From positions 13,268,001 to 13,332,000 of the forward strand of contig NC_082717.1 in NCBI RefSeq assembly GCF_030144855.1: a DNA stretch of 64,000 nt, in the 5' to 3' direction. Made by a program: the position numbers and the translations under genes. The stretch's first letter is position 1; every line of letters begins with the position of its first letter. This document shows positions 38,551 through 50,489 of this stretch, in pieces. The stretch comes from Hypanus sabinus (Eukaryota). The notes beneath the pieces are model-generated. The model saw only the letters and a list, made by a program, of their open reading frames with translations, was not told the DNA's origin and searched no databases.

Positions 38551-40943
38551 TACTTGTCAACATGGAACAGAGAGCAAGTTTGTAAATCTGGCGGGAGCAA
38601 AGGATGTTGGGATGGTGGGGACGGAGCGCCATTCTGGAAGGGGTGTGGGACTGGCAGAAAGAAGGAGTGCCGGGGCGGGGGAGGATGGCAAAGGTGCAGT
38701 CATACCCAGCCCTCAGGCACCAGCAAAGCTCATTTGATTGGAAATAATTGTTTTTTCAATCATTACAGAAAGTCCCTCTGCCCCCTTCCCACTCTCAGTA
38801 CATAATAGAAACAGGTTTATCAGAATCAGGTTAATCATCACTCAGTACTGTGCCTTTCTTAGGTATCCTAGAAAGGATGTACTGTATGTGCCTAAGACTT
38901 TTAAACAGTACTTTACCTTTCTGAAGGAATGCTGCATTGTCAAGAATGTGAACTGTTAGACTGGTTTATAGTTGTCACATGTGCTCTGAGATACAGTGAA
39001 AAGCTTTGTATGCTATCCACACAGGGGTTTCCCATCAAAGGGATACAAAGGAAAACAATAACAATATAGTGTTACAGCTACAGAGAAAGTTCAGTGCAGG
39101 CAGAAAATAGGGACAATACCATGATATGGCAAATGTCTTAGAAACATGTATTTAGCCAAAGACTTTTGCAGAGTAATGCATTTGTTAACGTGAAGTACAG
39201 AGCGAGTTTGTAAATCTGGCGGTAGCAAAGGATGTTGGGAATGGTGAGGGAGGAGCGCCACGGGAGGGGTGTGAGACAGGTGGCAGGAGCTGGGGCTGGC
39301 ACAGGTGCAGACATACTCAGCCCTGAGGCACCAGATAAGGTCATTTGATTCCAAACAGTTGGTTTCAGTTGAAGTATGAAAGGGACTAACATTTCTGGTA
39401 GGTGTTAGATTTTCATGGTACAGTAGGAGGAGCAGTAAATTAGTTTTATAACCATTAAACTTACAATCATCTAACTGCTTATTCATTAATTTCAGTTAGA
39501 ACATAGAACAGTACAGCACAGGAACGGGCCCTTCAGCCCACACTGTGGTGCTGGACCAATTAAATTAGTAATCAAGTGGTTAGCTGAACTAATCCCTTCA
39601 GACTTCACTATGTCCATATCCCTCCATTTTCTTCACATCTATGTGCCTATGTAAACTTCTCTTAAAAGTCCCTTATGTATCTGCCTCATCCACTACCACA
39701 GGCAGCACATTCCATTCCAGGCACCTACCACTCTCTGTGTAAGAAATCTTGCCCCTCGCATTTCCTTTAAAATTACCCCTTCTCACCTTAAATGCATCCT
39801 TTCTGGTGTTAGATATTTCATGTCTGGAAAAAAGATGTTGTTTGTCTACTCTAGCTAATGCCTCTCATAATCTTATAAACCTCCATCAGATCTCCTCTCA
39901 GCATCCACTGCTCCAGAGAAAACAACTCAAGTTTGTCCAACCTCTTGTTGTAGCTCATGCCTTCTAATCCAGGCAGTTGAGCTTGCTTTTGAAACAATGG
40001 GACCAAGTTTTACAATCATTCATGGAGTGAGCTGTATAACTTAATTTTGTAAAATTTAATACAAGAGACTCTGCAGATGCTGGAAATCTCGAGCAACACA
40101 AATATGCTCAAGTAATTCTAGTGGGTCAGGCAGTATCTTATTTACTTTCTTCCTCCCCATTACGCCGTTGGCGTTTAGAACAGCAGTGAAGGTCCTCCAC
40201 CTCCGGCAGTGTTCAGGACTTCCTTCATCATGTCAGTAGCTTCCTCAGTTTTCACTACTGTCAGCCATGCAGATTCCGGGTGGAGACTCAGAATGCACTC
40301 AGATGTAGAAGGATTCTTTATTGTTTTTCTGTAATGGTTTTGTTTTACCAGAGTTGTTAGCCCTGAGCTGAACTTTTGATCTTGGAGGACCAGTGGACCA
40401 ATCTTAGTCTGTTCTCTACCTTTTGACTGGTTTGGCATGGGTGACCCTACCAAGAGCTAAAGCATAAAGCCCTGACTCCAACCAACAAAGTTCATTGAGA
40501 CATTCAAGCCTCCTAATCATGACAAGGTTGTGGTCTTCTTGGAGGCAGGCAGCTTCTATGGAGGGGAATAAAGAGAGGACATTTTGGGTCAAGATCCTTC
40601 ATCAGGATTGAAAAGGAAGGGGGCAGAAGCCAAGAAAAAAAGGTGGGAGGACATGGAAGGAGTACAGACTGACAGGTGATAGGTGAGTTCAGACGAAGGG
40701 AAAGGTGGATGGCTGGGAGAGGGGGGAATGAAGTTAGAAGCAGGAAATAATAGGAGGAAGAGGTAAATGACTGAAGAAGAAGGGAACTAATATGAGAAGA
40801 CAGTGGAGCATGGACCATGAATGGAAGGGAAGGAGGAGGTTCCTCCAGCATTTTGTCTGTGCTGTTCAAATTTTATGTAAACCTTGGATTTTTAACCTAC
40901 TATTAATGAAAGTTGTTAAAAACCTTTCATTTTGTGCTTTTAG

Positions 40944-41058
40944 TCATTTAAGCTCCTGGGTATCCTGGATGTGCAGAACATTCCTTGCGCCCGAGATTCT
41001 GTGCTGTATGGCTCAGCTGGTGCAGTCATCGCTGGATTTGGCCACTTCCTAGCAACGA
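40944..41058 (+). CDS. COX20: COX20 coding exon 2
   Basis: tttag| SFKLLGILDVQNIPCARDSVLYGSAGAVIAGFGHFLAT(S) |gtaagt, 115 nt. Matches the COX20 motif KLLG.LDV.N.PCAR.S.LYG. Confidence 0.95.
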
Positions 41059-42323
41059 GTAAGTATCTTTATCAACATTTCAACAGCAAAAATATTTCTT
41101 AGTATTGTAAAATGGTCTCTCAACTGCTTAGGATTGATGTAAGAACTGAAAGTGCTGGAAATACTCAACAGCATCTGTGCAAAGAGAAAACAGCCATTGT
41201 TTCAACTCTGAACTCCTGGGAAAGAGAAAGCAGAAACAAGTTAGTACTGGGTTACAGAGAAAGCGTATCTCTGATAGGGTGAGACTATAAGGTCAGTGTA
41301 ACATGCTGCTAAATTAGAAGACCATGTAATCAGCCCAGCAGGCCAATGAGTACAAAATAATGTCTGACTGCAGAACGGACCAAATCTGATAAAACCAAAA
41401 AGAGAAAGTGAGTCATAAACACAAGAAATTCTACAGATGCTGGAAATCCAGAGCAGCAAATACAAATTGCTGTTGGAACTCAGCAGGTCAGGCAGCATTT
41501 GTGGAGAGGGGTAGCCAGTCAACATTTTAGGCCAAGACTCATTAGGATGTTAGAGAGTATGTCATCTGAAGCTATAGGATTTGATCTTGAGTCCTTCGGG
41601 CTGTAATATACCCAGAAAAGGAATGAAATATTGTTCCTCAAGCCTGCGTTGGCCCTCATTGGAATAGTGCATCAGGCCAGAATAGAATAGAGAGTGGAAG
41701 TGATCGGTAACTGGAAACTCGTGGTCACTTCTAAGGACTGAACATATTGTAAATCAATCACTTGTTCCACATTTAGTTTCCCCAGTGTAGATGAGACTAC
41801 TTATGAGCATTGAATACAGTAGACTAGATTCAACGTTATTTATCACGTGTACATTGAAACATACAGTGGAGTGCATTGTTTGCATTAACAGCTTGCACAC
41901 CCGAGGGCGGGCTGAGGGCAGCCCACAAGTGCCGACACACTTTCTGGTGCCAACGTAGCATGCCTACAATGCTCGTGAGAACAACTCAGAACATGACAAA
42001 CAACGAAACAACAGCAGCAAAGCAAAATCCATTCCTCTCACCTCCCAAGCACGTACACCGCCCTCTAACCCCAAGACAGGCCATCTTCTTCGACCCAGAT
42101 TCAAATGCAGACATGCTGACATTGGGCCTTCAACTTCCCCAATGGGCTCAAAAAGATTTGCAGACCAGGGCTCCAGCAAATGAGCCTTGACCTGTGGACT
42201 TCCAATTCAGCTCTTGGGCCTTGATCCTCGGCATCACATCGACCTCAGGAGCTGCTGCTCACCGAACACCAGGCCTCAAACTTCAGTCTCATCAATTCAT
42301 GTACCCAGGGGGTCATTGGACTT

Positions 42324-43620
42324 TATTAGATTAGATTCAACTTTATTGTCACTGTGCCAAGTACAGATACAAAGCCAATGAAATGCAATTAGTGCAAAAG
42401 AGTAGTGTTATTTACAAAATAACTGAATAAAAAGTAAGTGCTACAGCACACAAATATAAAAGTACTGAGACAGTACAATATGGGTGCAATACTGCTTAGC
42501 GTTGTGATGTGAGGTTCAGCAGGATCACAACCTCAGGGAAGAAACTCTTCCTGTGCCTGCTAGTGTGGGAGTGGAGGCTCCTAAAGCGCCTACCAGATGA
42601 GAGGAGAGTAAAAAGTCCATGGTTAGGGTGAGATGCATCCTTGATAATGCTTTTCACCCTGCCCGGGCAGCATTTATGGTAGATGTTCTCAATGGTGGAC
42701 AAATGGGTGCCGATAATCTGCAGGGCAGTTTTCACCACACGCTGGAGTGTTTTGCAGTCCAATACAGAACAATTGCCATACCACACTGAGATGCAGTTGG
42801 TGAGTATGCTCTCAATGGTACAGTTGTAAAAGTTCGTCAGTATCCTGAGACAGAGGTGAGCTTTCTTGATGCTCCACAGGAAATAAAGGCGCTGTTGCAC
42901 CTTTTTGATCAGGATGGAGGAGTTCAGGGACCAGGTGAGATCCTCGGAAATGTGGACACCGAGGAATTTGAAGCTTTATACATGCCCCACTACAGCTCTG
43001 TTGATGTAGATGGGGATATGAGTGTGGCTCCTAGCATGCTTGAAGTGCACAATGATTTCCTTGGTCTTCTGGGTGTTAAGGGCCAGGTTGTTGTCAGCAC
43101 ACCATGTGGCCAGGTGCCGGTCCTCGTCCCTGTAGGCTGTCTGATTATACCCTCTGATCAGGACAACCACCATTGTGTCGTCTGCGAACTTGATTATGAA
43201 CCATCTACAGGAACACAGTCATAGGTGAAAAGGGAGTACAGAAGAGGACTCAGCACACAGCCTTGAGGCACGCCAGTGTTCAGGGTGAGAATGGAGGAGA
43301 GGTCGTCTAACTTAACGGATCGGGGTCTGTTAGTCAGAAAGTCCAATTGCAGAAGGATGAGCTGATACCAAGCTGGTGAAGTTTGGCGATCAGCTTGGGA
43401 GGGGATCACAGTATTGAATGCCGAACTAAAGTCAATGAACAGCATTCTGACGTAAGAATTGGGGCTGTCCAGGTGGGTCAGGGCAGAGTGAAGTGCCATG
43501 GAAATGGCATCCTCTGTTGACCTGTTGGTGAGATAGGCAAATTGATGGGGGTCCAGGGTAGTGGGCAGTCAGGATTTCAGATGTGATAGAACCAGTCTGG
43601 CAAAGCACTTTGCAATGATG
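42324..43620 (-). mobile_element. Rex1/Babar LINE 3' half in COX20 intron 2
   Basis: [55 protein letters not shown]. Tail aataaagttgaatctaatctaa. Confidence 0.9.
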
Positions 43621-44850
43621 GTTTCATCCTGCCCACCCAGAACTCCGATCATGGAGGAGAATTGCAGCTTTATCTGGGTCCCTGGATGACAGAAATGGAA
43701 GAGGTGCAAGGACCAAGTGTTCTGTCTTCTCTAGCTAAATGACAAAAAGCTGCATGTAGGGAATTAGTGGGAGGAGATGGGAGCACTTAAAGTACATTGC
43801 CTGCAGGGCTGGTGGGGTGGCAGGTTAATCCAAGGGAATTCTGTTCTTGTTCTGTCAAAGGTATGAGTAGTAGATGAGATGAGATAAGATGAAACTTCAT
43901 TTATCCTGAAGGAAATTATTGCAAGGTTGCTCAGTCAGAAATATATACTTTAAAATACAAAATGTAAACATTGAGGTATGAAAAAAATACAAACTATGCA
44001 TGAAAAAGTAACAGTGCAAAATACAGATGTGAAATTAAACCATATATACTTAGGAGGAGTTGTAGATTCTTATAGCCACAGGGAAAAAGGATCTCTGTGG
44101 ACACAGGTTCTCCCCACATTAGTAAAGGGGAAGTCATGAATCAGGAACACATTTTGAGAGCCACCTGTGGAACAAAAATGTGACAGAATTCAAAGTTCAA
44201 ACTAAAGTTATTATCAAAGTACATATAGTATATGTCACCAAATACAACCCTGAGATTCATTTTCTTGTGGGCATATTCAATAAATCCAATAACCAGAAAA
44301 GAATCAGTGAAAGACCAAACCAAGAGGGCAGACAACTGGTGTGCAAAAGACAATAAACTGAAAATACAAAAAGAAATAAAATAATAATAATAAATAAATA
44401 AGCAGGAGATATTGAGAACATGAGATAAAGAGTCCTTGTAAGTGAGTCAGACAGAGGAAGTGAGAGAATGGAATGGAGTCCTTGCAGGAGGCAGCCTGGG
44501 AGGAAGAATGGGAGCTCATGGACTTGAAGTTGATGTTGGTGACTGGCCAGTCCCAAGATGGTGAGACCTGGGAAAGGCGGGAGGTGGAGCATGTGAAGGT
44601 GAGGGCAGGCCAGCATTTGGCTACAAATGGAATTCTGAAAGTGCTAGAAGCTAGGCCTGTGATAGCGAAAGGGTAGAGGGGAGTGAGTCTGAGTAAAACC
44701 AGATCAATAACTGTTCCATATGTGATCCCAGAAAGAAACAGTCATAGCTTGGGCCCATAGCTATACCTTTGACCTGGAGAAAGTTAGAGGTGCTGAAGGA
44801 GAAACCAAAAAGCCTTGAATTGCAATAATCCTGTCTTCCCTATTTTGCAG

Positions 44851-44914
44851 GCAGAATAAAGAGATCTTTTGACTTTGGTGTGGGGAGTTTCCTAGTTACA
44901 ACTTTGGGAACTTG
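44851..44914 (+). CDS. COX20: COX20 coding exon 3
   Basis: ttttgcag| (S)RIKRSFDFGVGSFLVTTLGT(W) |gtaagt, 64 nt, with compatible phases. Confidence 0.95.
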
Positions 44915-45072
44915 GTAAGTTTGATTGTCATTTCATCCTAAGAATGTTTTTTAGCTTCCTGGTTGCAAGATTTCCCTTTGTTTTATGCTCTCATTTGGCA
45001 TCTTTTATGAAGATTTGGACATTCACTTGGATTAATTTAATTAATCTTTTACTGCTTTCTGTTTGAAACATG

Positions 45073-45594
45073 TAATACTATGCAAAACTCTTAGGCATAT
45101 ATACTGCATATAGAGAGGGTGCCTAAGACATTTTCACAGAACTGTAGTAATTTTATCTTCTGCACTGTACTGGTACTGCAAAAAAAAAAACAAATTTCAT
45201 GACATGTGAGTGATGATAAACCTGATTCTGACACGGGTCTCCATTGTGGACTAAGAATGGGAAGTGGGCAGGGAGCGGGAATCACGGTTGGGGAAAGGGG
45301 TGAGGACAGGGGAGAGAGTGGGAAGCATTAGAGATACATTCTGTAATCAGGAAAGAAATGACCTTGCCTGGTGTCTCAGGGCTGGATGTACCTGCATCCA
45401 CTCCACCTTCCGGCCCAGCATTCCTTCTCTGCCACCCGTCCCACAGTGCTCTATCCTCAACATTCCCAACATCTTTTGCTTTTGCCAGATCTATAAACTC
45501 ACTCTCTCCTCCACATTGACAAATACAGTACTCTGCAAAAGTCTTAGGCACCTCAGCTATATATATGTGCATAAGACTTTTGCACAGTACTGTA
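45073..45594. mobile_element. Composite Tc1-like MITE with two ~67-bp palindromic end units
   Basis: End units CAGTACT(G/C)TGCAAAAGTCTTAGGCAC...GTGC(C/A)TAAGACTTTTGCACAGTACTG at ~45073-45144 (degenerate) and 45526-45592, TA-flanked. Related copies at 37185-38905 and 39130-39365. Confidence 0.7.
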
Positions 45595-45919
45595 GAAAGG
45601 TAGAACACAACAGCACAGCATAGGCTTTTCAGCCCACAATATTATGCCGCCATATAACCTTCTCCAAGGACAATCTAACCCTTCCTTTCCACATACCCTC
45701 CATTTTTCTATCATCCAAGTTCACCTTAAGATTCTTAAATGCCACTATTGTATCTGCTCCTAGTGGGTCATTCTTTGTTTTTTTGAGGAGTTTGCTGCTT
45801 TTGTCTGTACCTTCCAGTTCTAACACCTCATCCTTTGCAACTTCTGCCATATCCAAAACGTATCTTTACTTCCCCACTAATCTTCCTCCTGGCACTTATC
45901 CCTGTAGGCGGCTAGAGTG

Positions 45920-46718
45920 CAGTTGGCCCTCCTTATCTGCAGGGGGATTGGTTCCGAGACCTCCTGCAGATACCAAGAAACGTGAATGCTCAAGTCGCTT
46001 ATTTAACCTGACTCAGTGCGGTGGTCTTTAGGACCCAGCGGAACCCCGGACCTTATTTAACCTGTCTTAGTATGGTGGACATTAGGACCCTGCAGTGCTG
46101 CTATGAATCCACAGTGTTTATGTTCACCAAAATGATCACAATTAAAATAAGGTGGAAGAAATAAAGCGATCGAAAAGAGCTGAAACAGCATCGTTCATTG
46201 GAAAAGCATTAGGCTACAGTCGGTCAACAATCAGAACAATTTTAATGGAGCATGGGAAAGGCCCTGCCCCGATGAAAGCTACAATTATTACTAAGCAACG
46301 CAGTGGTTTAATTATTGAAATACTGTACGTATGTTTCTTAAGTGTTTTATATGCATAGAAAGGTAAAATATGCACTATATAGTAAGACAAACATTTGACT
46401 AACTGATGCTAAATAACACCAGATGTACCTATTCCGACTTCAAATGTGACTTACAAAGAAGGACTCAGGAATGGACCTCATTCATAACCNNNNNNNNNNN
46501 NNNNNNNNNNNNNNNNNNNNNNNNNNNNNNNNNNNNNNNNNNNNNNNNNNNNNNNNNNNNNNNNNNNNNNNNNNNNNNNNNNNNNNNNNNNNNNNNNNNN
46601 NNNNNNNNNNNNNNNNNNNNTCAAACAACGAGTGCTGGAGAGAGAACTTCTGGGTTTTCCCGATCTGCAGTTGGTTGAATCCACGCATGCGGGATCCGCG
46701 GATAAGGAGGGCCGACTG
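45920..46718 (+). mobile_element. Tigger/pogo non-autonomous DNA transposon (spans the assembly gap)
   Basis: TIRs CAGTTGGCCCTCCTTATCTGC and GCGGATAAGGAGGGCCGACTG|TA. HTH remnant IGKALGYSRSTIRTIL (46152-46358). Confidence 0.75.
46490..46620. other. Assembly gap (131 N)
   Basis: Run of N characters. Confidence 1.
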
Positions 46719-48187
46719 TACTACACCTGCCAATTCACTTTCTCCCTTACCTCCATTTAGGGCCCCAAATAGTCCTTCCAGGTGAGGCAACACTTCAGCT
46801 GTGAGTCTGCTGGGCTCGTCTATTGTATCCGGTGTTCCCAATGTAGTTTCCTCTACATTAGCGAGTCTCATCGGAAATTGGGAGACCGCTTTGTCGAGCA
46901 CCTCAATCCGCCAAAAGCAAGTGTAGTTCCATGGCCGCCTCTTGTGCCAGGATGAGGCCACCCTCAGGGTGTATTCCGCCTAAGCACCCTCCAGCCTGAT
47001 GGCGTGAATGTAGATATCTCCTTACAGAGAGAAAAAAATCCTCCACTCAGACCTCTTACCTCTTCCACCTTGCCCATCACTTCCCCCTGGTCTCCTCCTT
47101 CCCTTTCTCCTATGGTCCACTCTCCTCTCCGATCAGATTCCTTCCTGTCCAGTCTTTTGTCTTTCCCACCAACCTTGCTTCACTTATCACCTTCCAGATA
47201 ACCTCTTCCCCCACCTCACCTTTTTATTCTGGCATCTTCCCCTCCTCAGTCCTGGCCTGAAACATTGACCCTCTATTCATTTCCGTAGATGCTGCCTGAC
47301 CTGCTGAGCTCCTCCAGCATTTTGTCTGTGTTGTGTTACTCTATTACTACTGTTTATAGGAGACCAGCAGTGTGAGCTACATTCAGACTGAAGTGAGGGG
47401 ATACCAGTACCCAGCTCTCACCCTCTGCCAAGCCAGAGGTCAGTTTACTGCATGATAACAACACTGAACTGATTGAACAAGGAGCAAAAAGCAAAGAAGT
47501 AATTGTTACATTGTGTGCATTGTAACAGTGGCATTGATCATGGAGACAGACACTTACAGAACGTTGAAGTAACTCAGCAGGTCAGGCAGCATCTACGGAG
47601 GGAGATTTTACAGATTTCCAGTATCTCCCAGAACACATTTTAGAGTTACAGAGCACTACAGCACAAAAACAGGCCCTTCAGCCTCTCTAGTCCATGCCAA
47701 ACTATTATTCTGCCTGGTCCCACCCCGGACCAAAGCCCTCCTTACCCCTCCTATTCATGTGCTTATCTAAACTCCTCTTAAATGTTGCATTCAAAGCCAT
47801 ATCCATCACTTCCATTGGCAGCTCACTCCACACTCTCACCACCCTCGGAGTAAAGATGTTCCCCTTAAACATTTCATCTTTCACCTTTGACGCATGACCT
47901 CTAGTTCTAGTCTAGTTAGGTAAATTCAATTAATTCAGAAAGTTGAGTCATTTTTCATCTACTGTAATCTAACATACTTGAGTACTGAATCACTTTTATT
48001 CAGTAGTATTAAGGGGATTATCCACAAGACACCCAAAACCACCTCCTTCTTAATAGTTACTTGCCTTAGATTATCAGCATACCTCTGTCTGATCTCACAC
48101 AATCATGCATGTTCTTCTCCTTTGTGAATACTGATGCAAGATGTAAAAGGATCTAGTGCTTTCTCACTGTATATGACAAATAAACTT

Positions 48188-48457
48188 TTCTTGGGCTTCC
48201 ATCCAGGTGCAGGTATTGGTTTTAACCGATGTTTTGATGACAAACTCTGTCAAATTCATCAGGGATGATGCCTGTGCATGTCTAGTCTGGGGGTATATAT
48301 ATGCAACTGATCTAGACATACCCGTGTATGTATGTATATACAGTATATACACCACTGGACTAGACATGCCCAGGCATCATTCCTGATGAAGATGGCTAAG
48401 TTTGTCATCAAAACGTTGGTTCAAAAGGATACCTGTACCTGGCTGGAAGCCCAAGAA
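48188..48457. mobile_element. Inverted pair of pLTR-like repeats from a second Penelope-like family
   Basis: ~110-bp inverted arms, each containing CTGATGAA-stem-(C)AAAAC(G/A)T, a decayed hammerhead. Confidence 0.6.
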
Positions 48458-49044
48458 GAATGTGTACCGATGCAAGATACTTGTTAAGCTCGTAGCCCAC
48501 TTTCTCTGGCTTCATGCATAAATTCCTTCTTGTTTTTGAGTGAACCTAATCTTTCACAAACTATCCGCTTGTTCCTTACTTACCAATCAAATCCTTAGTG
48601 CTACTTGCCAAGGACATTTCATGGCCCTTGATGTTGGTTGGAAGGGATAATGATCAACCTTGATGGATGGTAGAGTAGACTCAGTGGGCTGAAGGGTCTT
48701 ACTGTCTTATGTCATTTTCATCCGAAAACCAGTCTTATCTAATGCATGATACTCAGCTCCTGATCTACCCTTGACAGAGATTCAAGATTCAAATTTATTT
48801 ATCATGTGTACATCAAAGCTTACTGCAAAATGCAACATTTGCATTAACAACCAACACACCCATGGGTGTGCTAGGGCAGCCTGCAAGTGTCACCACACAT
48901 TGCGGTGCCAACATTGCATGATTAGGTTGCTCAGATTGATCTTCTGATGAGCGGTGACCCAAGGATGTTGATGGTGGGAGGCTAGCCAGTGGCACGTCTT
49001 TGTATTTGAAGGATACGGTTTTGAAAATCTTAAATCTTTTCCAG

Positions 49045-49183
49045 GGTGTTCTGCAGATACCAGAATGCAAAGCTGAGGATCCAGAATCGAATGGTGCAAG
49101 AGGGTATGAAAAACAAAGTCACATATGAAGGAACCAACATGGATCCAACAAGGAAAGCAGATGGAAGCAGTGGAGACAACTAA
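49045..49183 (+). CDS. COX20: COX20 coding exon 4 (cytochrome c oxidase assembly factor; spliced CDS 351 nt, 116 aa)
   Basis: ttttccag| (W)VFCRYQNAKLRIQNRMVQEGMKNKVTYEGTNMDPTRKADGSSGDN*. Conserved CRY.YAK.RIQ and YEGT..DP motifs. Confidence 0.95.
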
Positions 49184-49986
49184 ACAGACAATGCTTAGAC
49201 TACTGTACCTGAGGGTTAAATCATTTACAGCCAGGAAGCTTACTTGTAAATGATTTCATTTCATACCTTGGTAGTTCCAGTGGCCGATGACAATGAAATA
49301 TTCTCCAGTGTACAAGAGGCTCCCCGTGCAAGGAGCATATTGGTGACAATATCCATCTGTACATCTGTTGCAAGGAATTGGACTTCTACTTTATTTTGAT
49401 AAGGAGCAACTTCCAGGATTAGAAACAGAAGATGTTTGTAACACTTAAGAGGCCTAGAATCATTTGTGGAGAGTGAAAACAAAGGGACGAATGACTTGCA
49501 ATATTTCTTCCTCCACATGCTGACTGGCCTGCTGAGCATTCAGTGTTTTCCAAATTTTCAGCTGTTTACAGTTACGCTTTATGCTTCCAGTATGAAGTGA
49601 TGCTCGCAATTTAGATGCACAGATTTTCTTCTTGACCCTTCATTAAAACTGCTGTAATATTGTTCACATCTTGGACTTGCTTCTATGTGCAAAAACACTG
49701 GAATCCAAAATCATTGTTAGTTATAAGGGACTGACTTAAATTAAAGTTTTCAAATATGGGTTTCTGCAATTTTTTATACATAACTTGTGTATTTTAAATC
49801 TGCACAGTTTTTTTTTAACTATCATCATCGAATATGATGGACGACGAATCAACTATTTAAAGCGTATGCACTTACAAGACTTGGGTGGTGAACTTGCAGT
49901 TTCCTAGCCATAAATGTACTCTTAGTTCTCTCCCACACTCTTGTTATAATGTATGCACAGAGCAAGAATAACAACAGAGCAGTAGG

Positions 49987-49992
49987 AATAAA
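49987..49992 (+). terminator. Candidate COX20 polyadenylation signal
   Basis: AATAAA ~800 nt after the stop, followed by a T-rich stretch. An alternative ATTAAA lies at 49642-49647. Confidence 0.45.
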
Positions 49993-50489
49993 CTTTTTTT
50001 CTGAGTCATGTTAGCCATGGTTCACATTGGGCAACTTAGTGTGGGAGCAACAAGCCAGGCTGGCCAAGATGAAAGTGTGCACTCTCGAAAGTCTGCACAA
50101 CAGGAGAGAGGCCTTGCCCCCACCACCACTCCCCTCCCCCCCCCCGTATAAGGCTCCATTCATCATGCAATTAACCAGCCACATGCGCACTTCAAATTCA
50201 AATTTATTATCATTCAACCATTTACACGTATACAGCTAAACAAAACAACATCCCCCGGGGCCAATGTTCAAAATATAGTGTGTAAAATAATATTAATGCA
50301 ATATCAGCACATCCTTTATTAAATAAAGGGCCCAAAATTTCACAATTCTCCAAGTGAGCCCTCACCAGTGCTTTAAAAAACCTCAAACATTACAGCTCTC
50401 CTTTTATATTCAAAATAAATACTAACATTGCATTTGCCTTTTTCACCCCAACTCAACCTTTCAGGAAAATTGCACAAATAAAATGTCAA

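Larger units (their letters stand above)
45835..47335 (+). mobile_element. Penelope-like element 3' part (GIY-YIG endonuclease plus pLTR) interrupted by a Tigger element
   Basis: ~46780-46910 reads FQVRQHFSCESAGLVYCIRCSQCSFLYISESHRKLGDRFVEH, followed by a pyrimidine-rich tail and pLTR. Confidence 0.8.

Noticed and set aside
46406-46961. ORFs containing X runs
   Set aside because: They are artefacts of translating through the N gap.
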